Positions 17,906-27,878 of a stretch of DNA of 64,000 nt are shown piece by piece. Origin of the DNA: an uncultured Acidobacteriota bacterium. Lineage in GTDB: Bacteria; Acidobacteriota; Terriglobia; Acidiferrales; UBA7541. The notes under the pieces are model-generated. The model had not been told where the DNA came from. It did not search any database and saw only the letters and a list, made by a program, of their open reading frames with translations. The stretch covers positions 19,036 to 83,035 of the forward strand of contig CAVPFR010000029.1 of assembly GCA_963703785.1 (NCBI GenBank), read 5' to 3'. Numbering within the stretch: position 1 is the first letter of the stretch; every line of letters starts with the position of its first letter. The position numbers and the translations under genes were made by a program.

Positions 17906-18419
17906 ATGCAGACCAAGCTACGAACAGCCGCAATAGTCTTCGCAGCCAGCCTGCTATCCGCTTCCATGATCTCTGCGGCGTCTCAGGCCAAAAAGCTGAA
18001 CTCCACGGCGCACCCTAAGTCCCACTTCGTGGGGATCGCCTCCTGGTATGGCTTGCAGCACCAGGGCCTCAAAATGGCTAACGGCAAGCGATTTGACCGC
18101 CGAAAGCTCACGGCAGCGTCTTGGTATGTGCCGCTCGGAACCGTGGTTCGGGTGGTCAACCTGCAGAACGGCAAAGCCGTAACGGTGACTGTAACGGATC
18201 GCGGGCCCAACTTCCGGCTAAACCGGATTCTCGGATCTGTCTGAAGCGGCGGCGCGGGAGCTGGATTATCTCGGCAAAGGCCTGACCCCGGTCCTTGTTA
18301 CCCCCATGCTGGCGTACGAGCCGGAACACGCAAAGGTTGGTGCCGCACTCGTCGAGCCGCTTGATGCCGACCTGGTGGCAACTTACGCCGCCCCGTTAAC
18401 TCTCCCCTTGGTTCCCTAA
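17906..18419 (+). pseudogene. RlpA-like lytic transglycosylase (DPBB domain) lipoprotein, one frame break
   Basis: GGAGGA RBS 17895-17900; signal peptide; ASWYG..MANGKRFD..VTDRGP, then ILDLSEAAARELDY in the +1 frame; join at GG 18233-18234; stop 18417-18419. Confidence 0.75.
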
Positions 18420-18426
18420 CGCCCCT

Positions 18427-19727
18427 CTAACCCCCTGGGGGCGCTCTTTCCGGAACGTGCAGGAAGAGCGCCAGCATGCCCGATAGGACCATCGATACCA
18501 GAAGAAAAGCCAAGCCCGGCGCGAAGGAATTGGTGGCGGTCCGCAGATAGCCGATAAAAAAGGGCCCCGCGAAGCCGCCTAGATTGCCGACGGAGTTGAT
18601 CAAGCCGATCGATGCAGCGGCGGCGGACTCGCTCAGCAGGGCCGTAGGCAGCGCCCAAAAACTGGGCATAAACGCCGTCGTGCACGCTCCCACGATCACC
18701 ATGCAGAGAAACGCCAAGGGCAGATGCGCGCTTGCGCGGATGGCTATCCCCAGGCATCCGGCGCCCAGGAACAAAGGCAACGCGGTATGCCAGCGGCGTT
18801 CGGCGGTGCGATCGGAATGCCACCCATTCCAGAGCATGGCGCCTAGGCCGGCAACATAGGGCAACGCGGAAAGCAGCGTAACGGCAAAATTGGGCAGGTT
18901 CGTGGCGCGCTGAACGATCGTTGGGAACCAGATCACAAAGCCATAGATTCCAATAATCGCGAAGAAATAGACGAGCGTGAGCAGAATGACTTGCTTGCTG
19001 CGCATCGCCTGGCCCATCGTCCATCCGCGGACCTGCGATTTGGCGGCTTTCTCGCGCTGGAGCTCTGCTTCGATCCAGGCCCGTTCGTCCGGCGTGAGCC
19101 AGCGCGCCTGGTGCGGCCAGTCCGTCAGATAGATCAGCGTGAGAATTCCAAACAGGATCGCGGGAATCCCTTCGGCGATGAAGAGCCATCTCCAGCTCGA
19201 GATTCCGACCCAATGCCGGCTGAGAATCCACCCGCGAGAGGCGATCCAATGATGTTCGACATAGGGATGGCCGCCATAAAGATCGCACCCGCTTTGGCGC
19301 GGTCTTCATAGCGGAACCAATGGGTGAGATAGACGACGATACCGGGGAAGAATCCAGCTTCCGCGACGCCGAGCAGGAATCGAGCCAGATAGAATTGGCG
19401 CGGAGTGCGCACCGCCGCCATGAGAAGGGTGACCAGTCCCCAGGTGACGAGGATGCGCGCCATCCACTTCCGGGCGCTCCAGCGCTCCACGATCAGCGCA
19501 CCGGGTATCTCGAAGAGGAAGTATCCGATGGAGAAGATGCCCGCGCCCAATCCAAAGACGCGATCGCTGAAATTGAGGTCGCGCGACATCTCCAGGCCGG
19601 CGTAGCCCACATTCACCCGGTCCAGAAAAGCGATGACGTAAAGGACGAAGAGGAACGGCAGGAGGCGGCGGGAGATGCGCCGAGTGGCGCGCTGTTCTAC
19701 GCCGGTGAGAACTGCGGTGGCAGGCAT
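18427..19727 (-). pseudogene. MFS transporter (anion:cation symporter-like), one frame break
   Basis: N-half ORF 19134..19727 (LPFLFVLYVIAFLDRVNVGYA) and C-half in the frame of ORF 18427..19017 extended upstream (GWILSRHWVGISSWRWLFIAEGIP); join near 19230. Confidence 0.75.
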
Positions 19728-19789
19728 GTGGGTTCAGCGTTTGTAGCACAATTTCGTGGTTTGCGAGCGGCAAACCAACCGGCCGCGGC

Positions 19790-21620
19790 TCACACCAATT
19801 CCGCCCGATCGAGAAGCTCCCCCGTGTAACTGTAGGTTTCCAGAGTGACGCGGGGCCCTCGCACCTGCACCAGGCAATAGGACCACGTGTGGGCCACGAA
19901 TTTCTTCACGCTTTTCGCCCACGGCACATCGCTATCCGGGGGATAGAAGGGCGCGCCCGCAGCTCCCTGGGTGATTTGCCAAGTGGGCTTGGCAAAGGCG
20001 GCGTTCGCCGTGCCGTCCCGATGGACGGGCGTCTTGCTGTCGATGAGCGTGCGGCTGTAGTTGTGCTCATGCCCGGAGAAAACAGCGCTCGCGCCGGCCG
20101 CGTTACGATGGTCCAGAAGCGATCCCGCGCTTTGACCGCCTCAGGGTCGCGGCCTCCTCCCCAAAGCGAGTCCGCCACATGCCCGCCATTTGGGAACGCC
20201 GGTTCGTGCACAAATACAAAAATGTGACGGGCTTGGGCAGACCGCGCCGCCGTCAAATCCTTTTCCAGCCAGTCCAGTTGTCCCGGAAGCAAACGCCCGA
20301 AGGGATTTCCCTCGCGCTGCTGAGGGCGGCTCGAGTACCAATAATCCGAATTGAGCTGGGAAAATGGCAGCCGGCATAATCGAAGCTATAGACGCTGCCC
20401 TTATACGGCGGCAAGCCGGGCCGTTCCGGCTCCGGGCCGTTCATGGGATGCACAAATTCCGAAGCGAACACGGCTTCGGCGCTGTGCTCTCCGTGCTTAT
20501 CGGCTTGGGCTCCGTCCTCGAATAGATCCAAAAGCGACTCGTGATTGCCCATTCCCGTATAGACGGGAATCTCGCGCCAGAGCGGCCCATAAATACGCTT
20601 CCAGGAACGTAATTGGGCGCGAAAATCGTCCTCGCGCGTGGTGTAGCCGTTGATGAGATCGCCTGTAAAAATCAGCAAGTGCGGCGCATGACCAGCCATC
20701 TGGATGGCGAGCGCGCGCGCGGAAACGCCATTAATACCTTCCAGGGCCGCGTCGCCGCCGCCCAGCCCGCCGGTGCGGCCGTCGCAAGTGAAAACAAAAG
20801 AAAATTCCGGCTCTTGCGGGGAGGTTCTCAACGTGTAGCTGCGCGAGCGGATCTCGCCGCCGTCCGATGCCTTGCTCATCACTTGATACCCGTACTTGGT
20901 GTTCGCGGTAAGCCCCTTCAGAGGCACCACATGACGGCCAGCCGCACCGCCCTCATCCGCGATTACTCGGGTATTCGCGCCGTTGCTCAGGCGCACCTGG
21001 CCCGTGGCTGGCTGGTCGGTGACCCACCAAACGACGGCGGAATCGACGGTGATTTGCGCCAGGAAAGGACCCTCCAGAATGGTGGGCAATTTGTGGAACT
21101 GGCCCCGGTCCACCTGGAAGGAGAAATGGCGGTCAATGAACTGCGCAGAGCCTTTGCGAGGATCGAAGAGCTCGAGCCGGTATGCCAGCGTGCCACCCCC
21201 TTGCAACATTTGCGGGGCCGAGCGGTTCAGGTAGGTGCGAACCTCGATATTTACCGAATGCATCAGCGTGGCGCTCTGTTCGTTCAGGGCTTGGTTGGCA
21301 TTGTAGATTGGCCAATCGAGCGCGACCTCATCATTGGGCACGCCTATATAGATCGTGCCACCCTGCGTGGGAGTCACCGTCTCCCAGGCGATAGTAGCTG
21401 AGCCTCCGGCATCAAGGCTGACTTGAGGCTCCGACTGGAGCAAGCGTTCGGGGGCCCGCTCAAGGCCTCGTTCGGGAGCCGATTTAGCCGGCGTGGCTTG
21501 GTCATGTGGGGCCGGTGCCGTTGCCTGGGGCAGCATCTCTTCCGCCAGCAGGCCATCGAGCGCAGCGCCGGCTGCGGTCGTGCCAAAGACTTTGAGCAGG
21601 TCCCTGCGGTCAATGCTCAT
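19790..21620 (-). pseudogene. Tat-secreted metallophosphoesterase (calcineurin-like, beta-sandwich N-domain), two frame breaks
   Basis: twin-arginine signal MSIDRRDLLKVFG; GDLINGY, GMGNHE, then FVFVHEP and SGHEHNY in shifted frames; joins at A/T runs 20361-20364 and 20103-20104; stop TGA 19790-19792. Confidence 0.75.
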
Positions 21621-21683
21621 GGTTCTCTCCTAAAACGCATCGTCGTTGTCCATACAAGGGCTCTCGATACAAGGCACGGGACA

Positions 21684-21713
21684 CGGCACTTCGGCCGCGA
21701 CGAAGAAGTGCCG
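21684..21713. other. perfect 9-bp stem-loop in the divergent intergenic region
   Basis: CGGCACTTC (21684-21692) pairs with GAAGTGCCG (21705-21713), 12-nt loop. Confidence 0.6.
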
Positions 21714-21733
21714 AGAAATCAACACAGTCGCCT

Positions 21734-21755
21734 ATTCTAAGCGCCCATTCTAAGC
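21734..21755. promoter_or_regulatory. tandem direct repeat ATTCTAAGC x2 (13-nt period), candidate operator
   Basis: copies at 21734-21742 and 21747-21755, between the divergent phosphoesterase and ATP-grasp genes. Confidence 0.4.
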
Positions 21756-21923
21756 ATAAGTTGAGCTGGCTCGGCCGCTGCGTGCGGACCGATGTGGCGG
21801 CGCCTGGCCGGAATTGCAAACTCCGTGAATCGCCACCCGGATTGCCGCCTAAATTGCTGATGGACCGCATAGAAATTTTGCGTGAAGGCCTCTCCAGCCC
21901 GGCTGATACAGTAATCCAACTTT

Positions 21924-23408
21924 ATGGAGGCCGCACCCGTCCGCGCTACCGTCACCGGGCTCTTCTCCGGCTATGAGCCGGGGAGTTTCTACGACGAAAT
22001 GTTCATTTCGGCGGGCGTGCCGCGTCCCTCGTACGCCAATGTCTTCCAAAAACTGGCCTCCATGGCTCGCGAGCAATTCGAGGAGCGGCGCAAGCTGGCC
22101 GACCTTTCCTTCCTGATCCAGGGCATCACGTTCACAGTCTATAGCGATGGCCGAGGCACCGAGCGCCTCTTTCCCTTCGACTTGATCCCTCGGATTGTTC
22201 CGAATACGGAATGGCGGCGAATCGATCGCGGCCTAGCGCAGCGGGTGGTGGCCCTGAACCTCTTCCTGCAGGACATCTATGGCAAGCAATGCATCTTAAG
22301 GGATCGCAAGCTATCGCGCGCTCTGGTCTACTCCTGCCCCCACTTCCGTCGCGAGATGGTGAATGTGGAGGTTCCGCGAGGAATCTTTACGCACATTTGC
22401 GGGATTGATCTGGTCCGCGATTCCAAGACAGGCGAGTACTACGTCCTGGAAGATAACGTCCGCACTCCCAGCGGCATTTCGTACGTTCTCGAAAACCGGC
22501 TGGTGATGACGCGAATCTTCCCGGAATTCTTTCATGCCTGCGGGGTGTTACCCATCGATCATTATCCCGCGGAACTCTGGCGAATCCTGCGCAGCCTCTC
22601 ACCTCGCGGCGAAGATGACGCGCAGATCGTGCTGCTCTCGCCGGGCATTTACAACAGCGCTTACTTCGAACACAGCTTTTTGGCAAGGCAGATGGGCATT
22701 GAACTGGTGGAGGGCCGCGACCTGGTGGTGGATGGCGGCATCGTGTACATGAAAACGATCCGCGGCCTAAACCGCGTGGACGTCATCTATCGGCGCATCG
22801 ACGACGAGTTCTTGGATCCGCTGGCCTTCCGGCGCGACTCGCTGCTGGGCGTTCCCGGATTGATGGGCGCTTACCGCTCCGGCAACGTGGCCTTGGCAAA
22901 CGCGGTCGGCAACGGCGTGGCGGACGACAAAGCGATCTATGCCTACGTCCCCGAATTCATCCGCTATTACCTGGGCGAGGAGCCGATTCTGCGAACGGTG
23001 GAAACCTACGTCTGCGCCCGACCCACCGATCTCGCCTTTGTCCTGGAACACCTTTCCGATCTGGTGGTGAAGGCCGTGGGCGAATCCGGCGGCTACGGAA
23101 TGCTAATGGGACCAACGGCGGATCGGAAAACGATCGAGCAGTTCCGCGCCAGAATCATTCAAAATCCGCGCAACTACATCGCCCAGCCGGTGATTCCGCT
23201 CTCCCGCGTACCCTCCTACGACGTTTCCAGCCGGCGCTTGGCCGGCCGCCACGTGGATTTGCGCCCGTATTGCCTTTACGATGGCGAGAAAGTGACCATC
23301 GTTCCGGGAGGGCTGACGCGCGTGGCCCTGCAGCGCGATTCGCTGGTTGTCAATTCGTCGCAGGGCGGCGGAAGCAAGGATACCTGGGTGTTGCGAGGAG
23401 AGGACTGA
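21924..23408 (+). CDS. circularly permuted ATP-grasp type 2 protein (COG2308-like)
   Basis: 494-aa ORF; sequence recognised as the family that always precedes alpha-E proteins; stop overlaps the next start (TGATG at 23406-23410). Confidence 0.75.
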   Translation: MEAAPVRATVTGLFSGYEPGSFYDEMFISAGVPRPSYANVFQKLASMAREQFEERRKLADLSFLIQGITFTVYSDGRGTERLFPFDLIPRIVPNTEWRRIDRGLAQRVVALNLFLQDIYGKQCILRDRKLSRALVYSCPHFRREMVNVEVPRGIFTHICGIDLVRDSKTGEYYVLEDNVRTPSGISYVLENRLVMTRIFPEFFHACGVLPIDHYPAELWRILRSLSPRGEDDAQIVLLSPGIYNSAYFEHSFLARQMGIELVEGRDLVVDGGIVYMKTIRGLNRVDVIYRRIDDEFLDPLAFRRDSLLGVPGLMGAYRSGNVALANAVGNGVADDKAIYAYVPEFIRYYLGEEPILRTVETYVCARPTDLAFVLEHLSDLVVKAVGESGGYGMLMGPTADRKTIEQFRARIIQNPRNYIAQPVIPLSRVPSYDVSSRRLAGRHVDLRPYCLYDGEKVTIVPGGLTRVALQRDSLVVNSSQGGGSKDTWVLRGED

Positions 23409-24364
23409 TGCTTTCGCGCATTGCCGATTCGCTTTTCTGGCTGGCGCGCTATATCGAACGCGCCGAAGATACGGCGCGCATTCTCGATGTGAACTATCAC
23501 ATGCTGCTCGAGCAGTCCCAGGAGGCCTATCACCTGCGATGGGAGCCGCTGATGGTGATGGCGGGAGAAGAAAATCTCTTCCACCGGCTCTATTCCGAAG
23601 TGAACGCCGAGAACGTCTTCGAGTTTCTGGCATTTCGTCACGACAACCCCAGTTCCATCGTTGAATGCATCGCCAAAGCTCGCGAGAATGCGCGCACCAT
23701 CCGCGACTGCATCTCCCGCGAGATGTGGGAGGACATCAACGGCCTGTATCACATGGTGAGCCGGTTCAATGCCAGCGACGAAATCGTCGCCGGGCCGCAT
23801 CGCTTTTGCGACAAGATCAAATTCGGCACGCATCGCTTCCACGGCGTCACCGACGCCACCCTGGAGCACGACGAGGGCTGGCAATTCCTGCGCATCGGCT
23901 GGTCGCTGGAGCGCGCGGAAATGACTTCACGCCTGGTGGACGTGCAGTATCAAAATTTACTGGACGAATTGCCCATGGTGGGAACGCCGGACAACCATCA
24001 ATGGATGGCCGTGCTGCGCTCCGTGGGCGCTTTCGAGGCCTATCATCGCCAGTTCCACTCTTCCATCGAGCCCGAGAAAGTGGCCGGCATGCTCATTCTT
24101 AAACCGCTACTCCCTCGCTCGATCCGTTTCAGCACCACGGAAGTGCAATCCGGCCTGCGTGCCATCAGCGGCAGCAGCCCGGGCTCCTACGCGAACGAGG
24201 CGGAAAGGCTGGTGGGCAAAGTGGTGGAAAGGCTCAGCTACGATAAAATCGAGGAGATTTTCAAACAAGGGCTGCATAACTATCTGAACGAACTTTCCGA
24301 TATGTTTGGCCTGATTGGCAGCGACATCGCCCGCAACTACTTCTACTATGCGGGCGTGGCATGA
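23408..24364 (+). CDS. alpha-E domain protein (COG2307-like)
   Basis: ATG 23408; hallmark N-terminus [28 protein letters not shown]. Confidence 0.8.
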   Translation: MLSRIADSLFWLARYIERAEDTARILDVNYHMLLEQSQEAYHLRWEPLMVMAGEENLFHRLYSEVNAENVFEFLAFRHDNPSSIVECIAKARENARTIRDCISREMWEDINGLYHMVSRFNASDEIVAGPHRFCDKIKFGTHRFHGVTDATLEHDEGWQFLRIGWSLERAEMTSRLVDVQYQNLLDELPMVGTPDNHQWMAVLRSVGAFEAYHRQFHSSIEPEKVAGMLILKPLLPRSIRFSTTEVQSGLRAISGSSPGSYANEAERLVGKVVERLSYDKIEEIFKQGLHNYLNELSDMFGLIGSDIARNYFYYAGVA

Positions 24365-25332
24365 ATCGATATCACCTGATCCATGTTACCGAGTTCGCTT
24401 ACGACGACCCTGTTTCGGAAAGCTATAACGAGTTGCGCCTGAGGCCCATGCACGACGAGCGGCAAAGTTGCCTGTCGTTTCGCATCATCACCGAGCCGCA
24501 CGCCAGCGGCACAACTTACCGCGATGCCTATGGCAATTCCGTGTACCAATTCAACATCCTTCAAGAGCACCGGCGCTTGAGAATCGAAGCGGAATCCATC
24601 GTCCTGACGCACGAGATTCCGGAGGCCGCCTGCCAACCAATGAAGCTGGCGGAACTTGACTCGATGGAGGACGAGTTGCGCGAAGAGTACTTCGACTTCA
24701 TCGCGCCCACGGGATACGTTCCCCACCTCCCGGAGCTTCGTCGTTTTATCGAGGCGGCGGAAGCGGCAAGCGGGGGCGTCCTAACGTTTGTGCACAGGGT
24801 TTCCAGCTTGCTTCACGATAGCTTCCAATATCTGCCCGGCGCCACTCACGTACACTCATCGATCGCCGATTCTCTATCGATCAGCGCGGGCGTTTGCCAG
24901 GACTTTGCGCATCTGCTCTTGGGAGCGGTGCGCATGCGCGGCTTGCCGGCTCGGTACGTTTCGGGCTATCTGGTTCCGGCACGAACCGCGTCTCCGCAGA
25001 GCAGGCAAGAGGAGGTAATCGGCGGTCAGGCTTCGCACGCCTGGACCGAGGTGTTGATTCCGGGAAGCGGCTGGGTAGGGGTGGACCCCACGCTCGGCGC
25101 TCCCGTGGGCCTTCGGCACGTGCGCATCGCGTACGGCCGCGACTACGGCGACGTGGCGCCGGTTCGCGGTGTTTACCAAGGCCATGCCGGGCAGCGCCTC
25201 TCGGTGGACGTCCGGGTGCGTCCGGCTCTCGATGACGAAGGCCACGAGCAACTTGCCAAGACTGCCGCGGCGCCTCCTCCCTCGGCGCCCGTCATGGAAC
25301 GCGCCCAGCAACCCGCGCAGCAGCAGCAATAG
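24361..25332 (+). CDS. transglutaminase-like cysteine protease family protein (Bact_transglu_N + transglutaminase core)
   Basis: ATGA overlap with alpha-E stop; catalytic Cys GVCQDFAH, His SHAWTEV, Asp GVDPT. Confidence 0.85.
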   Translation: MNRYHLIHVTEFAYDDPVSESYNELRLRPMHDERQSCLSFRIITEPHASGTTYRDAYGNSVYQFNILQEHRRLRIEAESIVLTHEIPEAACQPMKLAELDSMEDELREEYFDFIAPTGYVPHLPELRRFIEAAEAASGGVLTFVHRVSSLLHDSFQYLPGATHVHSSIADSLSISAGVCQDFAHLLLGAVRMRGLPARYVSGYLVPARTASPQSRQEEVIGGQASHAWTEVLIPGSGWVGVDPTLGAPVGLRHVRIAYGRDYGDVAPVRGVYQGHAGQRLSVDVRVRPALDDEGHEQLAKTAAAPPPSAPVMERAQQPAQQQQ

Positions 25333-25385
25333 CCAAGTCCGCGGTTCAAGGCCTCATTTTTTAAAGCGAAGTCCGAGCCCAGCCG

Positions 25386-26184
25386 TCAAAGCTGGATTGG
25401 GGCGAGGGGTTCGTGCTGCGAAGCTACTAGCAACTCGCCGCGAAAGGCGGCTTCGCCGGGACGACGGCCCAGCGCTTCTTCCGCGCAGATACGAGCGACA
25501 TCGGGATTGTTGTTATTTTCCGAGAGATGCGCCAGCACCAGGTAGCGCGGGCGCGCGTCAAAGGCCTCGGGATCGGCGAGAAACGTGCTGACCATTTCAT
25601 TGGAAAGATGTCCCGTGCGGCTCATGACGCGCTGCTTCACATGCCAGGGATACGGACCAACCTTGAGCATCTCCAGATCGTGATTCGATTCCAGCACCAT
25701 TCCATCGCAATCGCGCAGATGCTGCTTCACGAGCTCGGGCATGTAACCGAGATCGGTGACGAGCGCGAGCTTCACGCCGCCGGCACGAAAGGTGAAGCCA
25801 AGCGGGTCGATGGCGTCATGCGGGATGCGGAAGGGAGCAACCTCGATATCGCCGACGCAAAATCCGTGGCCGGCTTCAATGAACTCGACGCGCTCGAGGC
25901 GGCGCGCATGCCGTTCGGGGAAGAAAACGCAGAGTTTCGGCATGGGTTTCCGCATTGAGGTAGACGGTGGTGCGCCAGGCGCCCAGCAGGGCCGCCAGAC
26001 CGCCGATGTGGTCGGTGTGTTCGTGAGAGATGACGATGCCGTCGAGGCGATCCAGGGAATGAGCCAGCGCAGCCAGGCGGCGCAACGTTTCGCGCTTTCC
26101 CAAGCCCGCATCCACCAGCAGGCGCGTCTGGGAAGTCTCGAGCAGGGTGCAATTGCCCGAACTGCCCGACGCGAGAACGCTCAC
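25386..26184 (-). pseudogene. MBL-fold metallo-hydrolase, one frame break
   Basis: HEHTDHIGG motif (ORF 25876..26184) continues in ORF 25386..26111 (ERHARRLERVEFIEAGHGF..HD..TGHLSN); join at run 25917-25920. Confidence 0.75.
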
Positions 26185-26425
26185 GCGAAGGCTGATGGAT
26201 CTCCCCCCGAAACCTGCACCCCATCATGCGTAAAAGCGACGCATGCTGGGGGCCCCGCCGAAACCTGCCGCTGACCGGCTGCAAGCGCAAAAAAGCGGCC
26301 GCACGCATCATGGCAAAAGCGCGGGGCAGGCGTCAACGCAATTCACGAGATTTTGTGATTATGAAGGCGAGGGGTACAACCTATGGGGGTCGCATTCCGG
26401 TTCACCACCGCGCGCCAGAGGCCGC

Positions 26426-27709
26426 TCAGCAGGCCAGCAGATCGCGCGTCAGGCGGAAGCCCTCGAGCGGGCCGACAACGGTGGCGGCAATTTTTCGAGG
26501 GTCGAAGAATTCCAGGGCCGTCTGCTGGACATCCTCGGCCGTGACGGCCTCGATCGAGGCGTGCAACTCTTCCACGCTGAAGAAACGCCCGAAGTAGATC
26601 TCCTGGCGGGCCAGGTTGGACATGCGCGCCCCCGGCGATTCGAGCGAAAGCACGAGCGAGCCCTTGAGCTGGTCCTTGGCCCGGCGCAATTCCTCCGGGG
26701 CGACAAGCTCCTTCTTCAGGCGTTGGAATTCGTCGGCAATGGACCGCAGCACGCGTTCCGTGGTGCTGCGGCTGGTGCCCGCGTAGACCGAGAGCATGCC
26801 CGCGTCCGAATAAGGATTCAGCTCGCTGAAGACGGCGTAGGCGAGTCCCTGGCGCTCGCGGATATTTTGGAAGAGCCGCGAAGACATACTGCCGCCGAGA
26901 ATGTTATTCAGCACCGAAGCGGCATAGCGCCGCGGATGCGTCAGAGGATAAGACGGAACGGCAAGAGTGATATGGGCCTGCTCCAGGGCGGGCTTGTTAC
27001 GGGTAATCAGCCGCGCGTGCGTAAGCGGCGCCGTGCGGTTATTGGGGGAAGGGCGGGACTTGCTCTTGAGGCCGGCAAAGGACTTTCCCACAAGCTTCAT
27101 GAGGCTTTCGAGGTGAACATTGCCGGCGGCGGTGATGACCGTGTTCGCGGGCGTATACCAGCGCCGGAAACAATTCACGACAGAGGCGCGCGTGAACCGC
27201 CGCACGGTCGCGCGGGTGCCCAGGATCGGCGCGCCCAGGGGATGGCCGCGCCAAAAGCTTTGCGTGAGCATCTCATGCGCCAGCGATTCCGGGTTGTCGT
27301 CCTCCATGCGGATCTCCTCGAGGATGACTTGCTTTTCCTTGCCAATGTCCTCATCGGCAAAGACGGGACCCAGAACCAGGTCGGAAAGCACATCGAAAGC
27401 GATGGGCAGGTTTTCGTCGAGCACCTTGGCATTGAAGCTAACCATCTCTTTCGAGGTGAAGGCGTCGAGCAGACCGCCGACGGAATCCATCTCGCGGGCA
27501 ATCTGCTCCGCGCTGCGCCTGGAGGTTCCCTTGAAAACCATATGCTCGATGAAATGGGCAATGCCGTTCAGTTCGGAGGGCTCGCCGCGCGAACCGGCGC
27601 CCACCCATATGCCCATGGCGACCGAACGCATGTGGGGCATGTGCTCGGCGACCAGCACCAAGCCATTGGGCAACGCTTCCCGTTCAATGGAAGTAACAAC
27701 CCGCCTCAT
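26426..27709 (-). CDS. M16 family zinc peptidase (insulinase-like)
   Basis: inverted zinc motif HFIEHMVFKGT; 427 aa. Confidence 0.85.
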   Translation of the reverse strand: MRRVVTSIEREALPNGLVLVAEHMPHMRSVAMGIWVGAGSRGEPSELNGIAHFIEHMVFKGTSRRSAEQIAREMDSVGGLLDAFTSKEMVSFNAKVLDENLPIAFDVLSDLVLGPVFADEDIGKEKQVILEEIRMEDDNPESLAHEMLTQSFWRGHPLGAPILGTRATVRRFTRASVVNCFRRWYTPANTVITAAGNVHLESLMKLVGKSFAGLKSKSRPSPNNRTAPLTHARLITRNKPALEQAHITLAVPSYPLTHPRRYAASVLNNILGGSMSSRLFQNIRERQGLAYAVFSELNPYSDAGMLSVYAGTSRSTTERVLRSIADEFQRLKKELVAPEELRRAKDQLKGSLVLSLESPGARMSNLARQEIYFGRFFSVEELHASIEAVTAEDVQQTALEFFDPRKIAATVVGPLEGFRLTRDLLAC

Positions 27710-27878
27710 CGTTATTGAAATAATGGCACACTCGGAAGTGAAAGACTATTGGGCGTTTGCCGCACGCAGGACAACGGCGCGGAAGCGAGCGCGCCAATTC
27801 CCCGCGAGGTCGGCGCGAATGGGCTCGAGCAATGAGCTATTTCACGCGTGCTATGATGGAGCTTAGAAGGCCCATTCC

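Noticed and set aside
19758-19776. Hairpin GGTTTGC-GAGCG-GCAAACC as the terminator of the phosphoesterase gene
   Set aside because: It is a good 7-bp stem, but no U-tract follows on the minus strand and it lies only about 30 nt upstream of the next gene start. Its function is unclear.
26243-27718. 491-aa plus-strand ORF; also 3872..4963, 2812..3687, 1152..2006, 20613..21401, 36201..37076, 48245..49081 and 61571..62593
   Set aside because: These are antisense or out-of-frame shadows of well-supported genes in a GC-rich genome. Their translations are Arg/Gly/Ala/Pro-rich with no motifs.
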